From a virus: 64,000 nt of DNA. This document shows positions 40,147 to 46,568 of this stretch, piece after piece. The translations under genes were made by a program, and so were the position numbers. Every line of letters starts with the position of its first letter. The stretch's first letter is position 1. The stretch spans positions 18,527-82,526 of the IMG/VR virus record IMGVR_UViG_3300025881_000010; one strand, 5' to 3'. The notes under the pieces are model-generated. The model saw nothing but the letters and a program-made list of their open reading frames with translations, was not told the origin of the DNA and did no database searches.

Positions 40147-40386
40147 TTAAGAAAATTTCGGCATTAAAGTCAAAGCATGTTGTTTTGCCATTTCCAAAGA
40201 CTCTCTCATTCTTTTTTGAAAATTTAATTTTCTTTGTTCTATCATTTCTTCAGTAGCATATATTGGTTGTGGATCTATAACAAATATTCCATATCCATGC
40301 AACGATGCTATTGTATGAATAAAACCCCAATCATATCCTTTATCTAAAAGAATTTCATAAAATCTTTGATCTTGCCATTGTGCCAT
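40147..40386 (-). CDS. Small protein with a weak portal-clip-like segment (79 aa)
   Basis: KGYD...GIFVIDP aligns without gaps to portal KGYD...KIMFINS. Confidence 0.55.
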   Translation of the reverse strand: MAQWQDQRFYEILLDKGYDWGFIHTIASLHGYGIFVIDPQPIYATEEMIEQRKLNFQKRMRESLEMAKQHALTLMPKFS

Positions 40387-40388
40387 AT

Positions 40389-40709
40389 CTAAAAGTTTGA
40401 GAATATAAATCCACAATCATTTGGATTGCGTTCTTTGCTATTAATAAACATAATTTTGTCTCGCTTTATATGATGCATCAATCTATCCAGATCTTCTTTA
40501 CTTACGCTAGGCAAAAAGTCTATATCGTAAACTAAAACTCTTGGCGGTTCTACAAAATACTGTAATCCCAATATAGGATCATAGTTGAATACCATCGTTG
40601 TCTGAATTGAATTTTTTAATTCTTCTGGATAAGGATTTACAGAAATCTTCTTATGAGTAATAGGAATTAAACCAGTCTCAATAGCCATCCTTCTTAATTC
40701 TTCGATCAT
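40389..40709 (-). CDS. Small protein containing a copy of the portal clip segment (106 aa)
   Basis: LDRLMHHIKRDKIMFINSKER vs portal LDRVMHHIKKDKIMFINSKDR; ATG 40709 follows the upstream stop. Confidence 0.8.
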   Translation of the reverse strand: MIEELRRMAIETGLIPITHKKISVNPYPEELKNSIQTTMVFNYDPILGLQYFVEPPRVLVYDIDFLPSVSKEDLDRLMHHIKRDKIMFINSKERNPNDCGFIFSNF

Positions 40710-40710
40710 A

Positions 40711-40896
40711 TCAATTTTGAATTTCTTTTTTAATAAATCTTTTTTGAAATTCTTGATTTTCCATAGCAAATAAATAATCAAATACTTTTCGCTTATAAAC
40801 TACAATTGTTATTCCTAATAATTTTTCACCCATTCCTGCAGTCATAGAATCAATTACTTCTATTTCTTCTTTATTTTTTTTATCAGTATATATCAT
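40711..40896 (-). CDS. DUF1653-like small beta protein (61 aa)
   Basis: Y...K...EV ... VVY ... F...F..RF pattern. Confidence 0.5.
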   Translation of the reverse strand: MIYTDKKNKEEIEVIDSMTAGMGEKLLGITIVVYKRKVFDYLFAMENQEFQKRFIKKEIQN

Positions 40897-40914
40897 ATCA
40901 TTTGAAAGTTATAT

Positions 40915-40947
40915 AAAAAAAAAGCCGGCAATATTTCTATCACCGGC
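40915..40947 (-). terminator. Intrinsic terminator of the candidate sRNA
   Basis: GCCGGTGATA-GAAA-TATTGCCGGC followed by T9. Confidence 0.85.
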
Positions 40948-41066
40948 GCCCCCAATACCGAGAATAGTCCTACACTACTCTCTGCACTATTTCAATCTCT
41001 TTCAAATGCCTTTCTCAAGGTGGACATCAGTAAGTGTCTCATCATTACCATATCTGAAATAATACT
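40915..41066 (-). ncRNA. Candidate ~150-nt trans-acting sRNA (also holds a 19-aa ORF at 40992-41051)
   Basis: Own consensus promoter and strong terminator, no long ORF, G-rich seed GTATTGGGGGC at 40948-40958; the 5' end is an estimate. Confidence 0.6.
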
Positions 41067-41070
41067 TCTA

Positions 41071-41101
41071 CAAATATATACTACGTCATTTTGACGTGCA
41101 A
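41071..41101 (-). promoter_or_regulatory. Promoter TTG-N20-TATATTTG with perfect operator ACGTCA-TTT-TGACGT (41083-41097)
   Basis: Consensus Bacteroidetes -33/-7 with a palindrome in the spacer. Confidence 0.75.
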
Positions 41102-41102
41102 G

Positions 41103-41131
41103 AAAAAAGCCTACTTTTTTAAGTAGGCTTT
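41103..41131 (-). terminator. Intrinsic terminator after 41141-41440
   Basis: AAAGCCTACTT-TTTT-AAGTAGGCTTT hairpin with T-tract. Confidence 0.75.
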
Positions 41132-41140
41132 AATTTTTTA

Positions 41141-41440
41141 TTAAGTGTAGACCAAATCATCCCGAATCCGAGGTTTTGTCCTCGAATCCAATAAGATCTC
41201 CGTACTAAGGAATCCCACAGTCTTAGAATAATCACCTTTTAATATCGCTACATGGTTGTCTACAAGAACAGCATGAGAGATTAAACGGTAATCAAAATCT
41301 AACACAGAAATTACTTCCGGGCCTACGCTTAACTCTTTGTGAACAGATGCAACATCATCAACATGAACAATACTAACCTCGGGGAGAGTTAACAAAGCCA
41401 AGCCAATCATTCCGCATCCTACAATCAGAATCTTACGCAT
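41141..41440 (-). CDS. Small protein with an N-terminal Rossmann-like GxGxxG motif (99 aa)
   Basis: KILIVGCGMIG...PEVSIVHVDD; could instead be a signal peptide. Confidence 0.55.
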   Translation of the reverse strand: MRKILIVGCGMIGLALLTLPEVSIVHVDDVASVHKELSVGPEVISVLDFDYRLISHAVLVDNHVAILKGDYSKTVGFLSTEILLDSRTKPRIRDDLVYT

Positions 41441-41498
41441 AATTGAAATAGTTGGTTAAACATTTATCGAAATACCAAGATAGTAATTTTTTTCAATT

Positions 41499-41529
41499 AA
41501 AAAACCCAGCCTGTAGGGAGCCGGGTTTT
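41499..41529 (-). terminator. Intrinsic terminator
   Basis: AAAACCCGGC-N9-GCTGGGTTTTTT on the minus strand. Confidence 0.75.
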
Positions 41530-41551
41530 ATAATCTAGATGGGGGTTTCAT
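41528..41551 (-). other. Micro-ORF MKPPSRL (7 aa) / ~60-nt RNA
   Basis: Between promoter 41567 and the terminator; A-rich leader. Confidence 0.4.
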
Positions 41552-41566
41552 TTATTTATCTGGAAG

Positions 41567-41574
41567 CAAATATA
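41567..41574 (-). promoter_or_regulatory. -7 promoter (TATATTTG)
   Basis: Consensus, intergenic. Confidence 0.6.
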
Positions 41575-41580
41575 TAAAAA

Positions 41581-42036
41581 TTATCCATTACAACCATTAC
41601 ACTGAAACGCACACCTTTCATTATGATCAATATCATCACCACAATAAAAATCCTCGCCAGTTACAATAGGAGTTTTGAAAGTCATTCGGAATTCTCGATC
41701 ACGCCTAACCTTATTCTCCCAAGCAGTATAATCAGCAACTACTTTTCCGTTAGGAATTTTTTGCCCAAAAGGCTTCTTACAACTAAAGCACTTAGCTTCT
41801 CCATTAATATCAAAAAGAATACCTAAAGATTCAGAAGGTGCACACTCACAATATCTGCTTTCAAAGCATTCTACTTTTGGTAACGAATCTTTGCTTTTTT
41901 TATAAATAATCTTCTTTTGCTTTACATGCATACTGCCCTCTTCCATAATTAATGTGAAAGATTCTTTCCTCCAGTAAAATCTCCAGAAAATCAAAGTGTC
42001 CTCAGCCAACCAAAATTGCTTCTCACAATCATTCAT
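41581..42036 (-). CDS. Cys-rich zinc-ribbon protein (151 aa)
   Basis: CEC...CFSC and C...C..QC.GC clusters; ATG 42036 lies downstream of promoter 42057. Confidence 0.6.
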   Translation of the reverse strand: MNDCEKQFWLAEDTLIFWRFYWRKESFTLIMEEGSMHVKQKKIIYKKSKDSLPKVECFESRYCECAPSESLGILFDINGEAKCFSCKKPFGQKIPNGKVVADYTAWENKVRRDREFRMTFKTPIVTGEDFYCGDDIDHNERCAFQCNGCNG

Positions 42037-42056
42037 AATATCAAGGTTTAATATCA

Positions 42057-42083
42057 CAAATATAGTGAACGCCAAATTGACGT
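42057..42083 (-). promoter_or_regulatory. -7 promoter TATATTTG with operator ACGCCA-AAT-TGACGT (42069-42083)
   Basis: Same operator-to-promoter spacing as at 41071. Confidence 0.6.
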
Positions 42084-42153
42084 GTTCGCGTAACTCCGAA
42101 AAATTTTCAGAAAAAATTAAAAATTGGATTCACGGTTGCTTAATAGGGTTTTA

Positions 42154-42190
42154 CCCCCTCCCCCCTTCGGGGTTTCGGGGGCCGCCCCCC
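42154..42190. other. GC-rich homopolymer/hairpin island at the divergence point of the two genome arms
   Basis: C5TC6-TTC-G4-TTTC-G5-CCG-C6 in an AT-rich genome. Confidence 0.7.
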
Positions 42191-42275
42191 TCTTGCGGAA
42201 ATTCAAAAAAGAGAGTCCGTTTAGGCTCATAGGCAGGTAGACTATTCTCCAACTAAATCCTTAATACATATAATC

Positions 42276-42533
42276 ATGGGATCATTTAAATCTATTACGT
42301 TCAAAGCAGTATCAATCGTAAGTGGCGAACTGCACTTTATGGCACAATCAACAGCTGATTCAATCAAGCACGCTGAAGGCTATCTAGGTCACAAGCTCAC
42401 AGGAGCCAACAAGCAAGACATCATGTCTAAGCGAGTACAACTAACCAAGGCTCAACAAGCAGACTACAAGAAGTGTGCACAAACCTTGAGAGGTACTATG
42501 TCCAACAAGTTTAAGGCTATAACACTAGACTAA
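42276..42533 (+). CDS. First early protein (85 aa), paralogue of 46569-46934
   Basis: Shared F..T.K.V.I..GE.HF...S.ADSI...E....HKL. Confidence 0.75.
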   Translation: MGSFKSITFKAVSIVSGELHFMAQSTADSIKHAEGYLGHKLTGANKQDIMSKRVQLTKAQQADYKKCAQTLRGTMSNKFKAITLD

Positions 42534-42536
42534 GCT

Positions 42537-42620
42537 ATGACAACATTAGGCATCATCATCATCATCGTCCTAGCTATCTGGGAGAGCTACGAGTACTATC
42601 AACTACTAAGAAAGAAGTAA
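42537..42620 (+). CDS. Small membrane peptide MTTLGIIIIIVLAIWESYEYYQLLRKK (27 aa)
   Basis: Read by eye; TAATG-coupled to the next ORF. Confidence 0.55.
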   Translation: MTTLGIIIIIVLAIWESYEYYQLLRKK

Positions 42621-42754
42621 TGTACTACAAGATCCACGTTATCACCAATGTAATGCGCACCCGCAAGTGTGGTGTGCAAGAAGCTATCGCTTGGCTGGAA
42701 CACAGACCAAGTGAAGGAGAATTCAAGTTTAACCCTCAAAACAAACAGTTATGA
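42620..42754 (+). CDS. Small early protein (44 aa)
   Basis: Read by eye; TAATG and ATGA overlaps on both sides. Confidence 0.6.
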   Translation: MYYKIHVITNVMRTRKCGVQEAIAWLEHRPSEGEFKFNPQNKQL

Positions 42755-42903
42755 GACCACGTATCTACAGACCGATCAAAGCATCGGAAGATCACAAAGC
42801 AAAACGCGCTATTCAAGTAAGGCGTGAACTCAACGCCGGAAATTCAACAAATGATGTTGTATGGCGTAACATTCAACGAGATTGCGCTAGACTTAGCGCA
42901 TAA
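42751..42903 (+). CDS. Small basic early protein (50 aa)
   Basis: Read by eye; ATGA-coupled. Confidence 0.6.
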   Translation: MRPRIYRPIKASEDHKAKRAIQVRRELNAGNSTNDVVWRNIQRDCARLSA

Positions 42904-42928
42904 TTATTAATCAATTAAATTCAAGATT

Positions 42929-43246
42929 ATGTCAAGATTACGTATTACCAAGACCACAGTTGCCGCCCGTTCAAAGAACTATTGTACTGATAAAGTACAA
43001 GTAGGCAACCTCAACCCAACTCGTGAAGTTTACTACCACGATGTTGCAGACTTCTATGAACTACCATGGTGTAGATTCAAGAAACAACTAATAGCTGCTA
43101 TCTATGTGCAGCGAACACAGTTCAAAACTGATAAGGAGCATGCTACAGAACTCTATCAGCAGTTCAAGCAAAGCGTCAAAGTCATGCGACGTAGAATAGC
43201 AAGAGCCCAGTCCGAAGACCAGGCTCAATTTGATATAGCTTGCTAA
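42929..43246 (+). CDS. Hypothetical early protein (105 aa)
   Basis: ORF with CAAGATT-ATG start context. Confidence 0.7.
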   Translation: MSRLRITKTTVAARSKNYCTDKVQVGNLNPTREVYYHDVADFYELPWCRFKKQLIAAIYVQRTQFKTDKEHATELYQQFKQSVKVMRRRIARAQSEDQAQFDIAC

Positions 43247-43290
43247 TTAATAACCAATAGATCATTAATGCTGACAAGCAAATATATGGA

Positions 43291-43677
43291 TTATTTATCA
43301 CCGAAGTTTACTTCTGGCTTCTTTTTAAGGCCAAAAAGTGATTTTAACCAATCCATTTGTCGGCGATTATGATAGTTTATCATATTGGGATTGATATAAT
43401 GATCACTCAGATCATATTGCAAGAATCCAGCTACCACAAGTTCCTTACGGTATCGACTGAATAGATTTCGGTCCATGCTGAGGTCTTTGTAGGTAGCATT
43501 AACTACAATAGACTCCAGATCACAGCCGGCATTTACCTTATCAAGTAATGCCCACAGCAAGCTTCGAGCACTAGGCTTCAAGCTAGCGTATGCTTCAAGT
43601 GATTCCCGAGTAAGTTCATAAGTACGTGTGTATTCAATAGAGTGCTCACGGATTAGAGCTTTGATGGTATTAGTCAT
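43291..43677 (-). CDS. RepL-like winged-helix protein (128 aa)
   Basis: L...A..LL..L ... LSM.R..F.R..KELV..GFL ... YINP pattern of Firmicute-plasmid RepL-like proteins, a family found in crAss-like phages. Confidence 0.65.
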   Translation of the reverse strand: MTNTIKALIREHSIEYTRTYELTRESLEAYASLKPSARSLLWALLDKVNAGCDLESIVVNATYKDLSMDRNLFSRYRKELVVAGFLQYDLSDHYINPNMINYHNRRQMDWLKSLFGLKKKPEVNFGDK

Positions 43678-43716
43678 TAAGTCAAGTATTGGGTTAATTG
43701 TCAAGTTATATCATTG

Positions 43717-43724
43717 CAAACATA
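43717..43724 (-). promoter_or_regulatory. -7 promoter (TATGTTTG) of the RepL-like gene
   Basis: Consensus; the first palindromic repeat lies directly upstream. Confidence 0.6.
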
Positions 43725-43730
43725 ATAAAT

Positions 43731-43819
43731 TGTAGCCTAAGTCAGGCTACATTTATTCAAAAATTGTAGCCTAAGTCAGGCTACATTCTAAGGTACGTTG
43801 TAGCCTAAGTCAGGCTACA
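43731..43819. repeat. Three identical palindromic repeats TGTAGCCT-AAGTC-AGGCTACA with exact 34-bp period (iterons or operators)
   Basis: Copies at 43731, 43765 and 43799 with different 13-nt spacers. Confidence 0.95.
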
Positions 43820-44155
43820 TTTTCTTTTCTAACTATCTCATTACTATAGAGTTAAGTGAAAAGTCTGTACCAGTATTACTATATAGTACGTGTACAAGCT
43901 ATCAAAATTATGTACACACAATTACTATTACGTGTACTTGAACATTGACTCGGTAACGCTACGACGCCTTAATACTATGCGTTCTGTAGCTGTAATACCG
44001 TTGTTACGTGATAATTTACTCTATCGCGTACTTTACAATTTCATTCTACAAGTAATACTAAGCAATCTCGATAAAAAGAGAGATTGTCTTAGAGAGGTAC
44101 GATATCGTATTGTTATCTCATTCAAACAAATATTTAAGTTTAAAACTACAAGATT

Positions 44156-44638
44156 ATGAAGACAGTAAATTATTCAACAGTTGTTGTATCGTTCAAGGTT
44201 ACAAAGTTCTTTGAAGCAAGAAGAGAGGCTAATGTAACAGTATCATTCATCAGTACTGATGGGGAAGTGATTTCGGAGAAGTCGCTACGTAAAGTTAAAG
44301 TAAGTGCATTATTGGGGTGGAGATTAACTCACAATGATGCTAGTGGTACTAAGTTCATTGAACTAAATAAGATCTATACTTCGAGTAATAATGAGAAGTT
44401 CAGAAAGACAAATCCATTGCAATTGGTACAATATGCTGTGGAAGGTAACTTGGAATACAAGTTGGCATGTGTTGAAGAGAGATCGCCAAAAGTAACTAAG
44501 CATTCATCTCCATTTGGAGGTGCAGATATGTTGGAGTTTAAGACAAGGTATCATTATGCTGAACATTACAGAAGATTTAGAATTGCTTATAGTGCGAGAG
44601 TATTGAAGCAGAAAAGTAAAGAAGCTGTTACAGCTTAG
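44156..44638 (+). CDS. Hypothetical early protein (160 aa)
   Basis: ORF with CAAGATT-ATG start. Confidence 0.7.
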   Translation: MKTVNYSTVVVSFKVTKFFEARREANVTVSFISTDGEVISEKSLRKVKVSALLGWRLTHNDASGTKFIELNKIYTSSNNEKFRKTNPLQLVQYAVEGNLEYKLACVEERSPKVTKHSSPFGGADMLEFKTRYHYAEHYRRFRIAYSARVLKQKSKEAVTA

Positions 44639-44648
44639 TATAAATCAT

Positions 44649-44680
44649 ATCTCCCTTCTTCCTTAGCGGAAGAGGGAGAT
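44649..44680 (+). terminator. Hairpin after 44638 (terminator or processing site)
   Basis: ATCTCCCTTCTTCC-TTAGC-GGAAGAGGGAGAT; weak U-tract. Confidence 0.5.
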
Positions 44681-44693
44681 TAATATTTCATTT

Positions 44694-45095
44694 ATGAAAG
44701 TAGGAATGTTATGCAATAGAGGACATCAGTTTGTTGTTCAACAAAGTGAAGTAAACAAAACCATATTTAATAATCTTGGTTTAAGCCAATGGCAGTATGA
44801 TCAGAACTGTAATTTACAACGTGAATTAGAAGTTCTCAAAGTCATGCATCATGCTATTGACAAACATAAGGGTGAAGACTTGTCTGAATACAAAATGATT
44901 GCTGGAGTATATGATATACTTCAATCCTCACTCATGCGCAAAATTCAACAATACTCCGGTATTATTGAATTCACTCATACTCAAAAGAAATGGCATTTAG
45001 TACCATTATCATTTGCGACTAAAACAAAATTAGGATTATTTATTAATCCGGAAGATGTAAGTGAATTCTTTATGGATTCATTTGTCTACATATAA
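44694..45095 (+). CDS. Hypothetical protein (133 aa)
   Basis: ORF in the early cluster. Confidence 0.65.
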   Translation: MKVGMLCNRGHQFVVQQSEVNKTIFNNLGLSQWQYDQNCNLQRELEVLKVMHHAIDKHKGEDLSEYKMIAGVYDILQSSLMRKIQQYSGIIEFTHTQKKWHLVPLSFATKTKLGLFINPEDVSEFFMDSFVYI

Positions 45096-45103
45096 AAACA
45101 GTT

Positions 45104-45328
45104 ATGGCTAAAAGAAGATTCACAAGCGAGAAAAATGCTAGAGCATTTGCTAAGAAGATTAATGGAGAATTTAAAGATCTAAGGGACATACCTGGATCGA
45201 TAAGTAAATTCGTAGTCAAGTATAACGGTACACCTAAAACTAAAAAGTTTTGGGATTCTGATCAATCTAATGATTGGTCTCCAGAAGAAGGTAGAGATTT
45301 TGGTTATCCAAATGAATACTGGAAATAA
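45104..45328 (+). CDS. Hypothetical protein (74 aa)
   Basis: ORF in the early cluster. Confidence 0.65.
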   Translation: MAKRRFTSEKNARAFAKKINGEFKDLRDIPGSISKFVVKYNGTPKTKKFWDSDQSNDWSPEEGRDFGYPNEYWK

Positions 45329-45482
45329 GAGCTTCTAAGCTAACATAATTACAACTTGGTAGGATTACATACATCAAGCCAAAAACATTCAAGAGTACCT
45401 ATAAGGATATACTGTATAGGTTTTAATCATTCAATTCAACAAACCTGATTGCAAGGGATTATAAAACGTGCTCATTATCATC

Positions 45483-46442
45483 ATGGTATTTACATTAAAA
45501 TTCAACAACGGAGTTTACACAGTAGTATTTGGATTTGCAACTGTATCAATAGATCTTAAATCTATAGAGCAAGATGCAAGTTCAATACTTGATTTCATAT
45601 CATCTGTAATTCCAGAAGAATTTGAAGATTATAAAGATATGTTGAGAGATAAAAATATCATCTCTAAATATCTACCACTAATCACTAGAGCTGTATCATG
45701 TATTGAAGGCTGTAATTCAGAGTACAGCTTGAGATTTACACCTGAAGGAAATATTGAGTTATTCGATATTAAAATGGAAGGTGGAACATTATACATGAAA
45801 GAGCTTATGCTTGTTATTAGTGAATTCCAAGAATTGGAAAAAGAGAAGATTGATAAATCCAGAGCTGAAACAAAAAGAATCTTAGATCAATTTGATTTAA
45901 ATTCTGAAGAAGAAGAATTCACTGATATACATATCAAGAGAGGTTCTAACTACAATGATTTATTAATCATACTAGATGAACACGAATTGTTAACTGGACG
46001 TATAAGTGATCTTCTAAGCGATTGTGATATTACTACTAGGGTATCACAAGCAAGGTTAAATCATTTAAACTTAGCTATCCAAGAAGAGCAATTCAAAATA
46101 TCATTTGAGGATTCAGATGATAATGAAGAAGAAATCATTAAAAGCTTAAGAGGTCAAATAAATTTAGATGAAACTGAAGAAAGAATGTATTCACTACAGT
46201 CTGATGAAGTTTATCCAGCTGGTACAGATGATGTAGCTCCTAAGCGTAAGAAATTAATATTTTCTGATACTCCAAGTAAAGGAGATTTCCTATATCATTT
46301 AAAATGTAATGGAATTATTGATGAACAATCTATGCATTCTAGATTAGGAGCGCTTGGTCTTCGTCGTCATAACAATATCACTTCTGATTTTTATGAAGAA
46401 TTCAATGTTGAGGTAATCATTGGAGATGATAGCAACATGTAA
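45483..46442 (+). CDS. Acidic hypothetical protein (319 aa)
   Basis: Very D/E-rich; ATG 45483 preferred. Confidence 0.65.
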   Translation: MVFTLKFNNGVYTVVFGFATVSIDLKSIEQDASSILDFISSVIPEEFEDYKDMLRDKNIISKYLPLITRAVSCIEGCNSEYSLRFTPEGNIELFDIKMEGGTLYMKELMLVISEFQELEKEKIDKSRAETKRILDQFDLNSEEEEFTDIHIKRGSNYNDLLIILDEHELLTGRISDLLSDCDITTRVSQARLNHLNLAIQEEQFKISFEDSDDNEEEIIKSLRGQINLDETEERMYSLQSDEVYPAGTDDVAPKRKKLIFSDTPSKGDFLYHLKCNGIIDEQSMHSRLGALGLRRHNNITSDFYEEFNVEVIIGDDSNM

Positions 46443-46568
46443 TACATTCAAATCCACACTATAGTGTAGATTATAATACATTACTAAAACAATGTTTCAA
46501 AAAAACATCTAATTCCTCATTACAATGTGGAATTAGATGTAATTAATAATAATTTAATTCAATTCAAG

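Noticed and set aside
39986-41580. tRNA genes in the intergenic gaps
   Set aside because: No cloverleaf or T-loop GTTCRA consensus found by eye; tRNAscan-SE or ARAGORN would confirm
41996-42232. 78-aa plus-strand ORF
   Set aside because: Crosses a promoter, an operator and the GC island; the Pro/Gly run reflects DNA structure
43731-43819. Mini CRISPR array
   Set aside because: Spacers are only 10-13 nt and no cas genes are present; the position at a promoter fits operators or iterons
43890-44159. 89-aa GTG-start ORF
   Set aside because: Weak start, atypical composition, and it lies in a palindrome-rich regulatory region
46456-46464. T7/SP6-like promoter core ACACTATAG
   Set aside because: Single partial match; no single-subunit RNAP gene in the window
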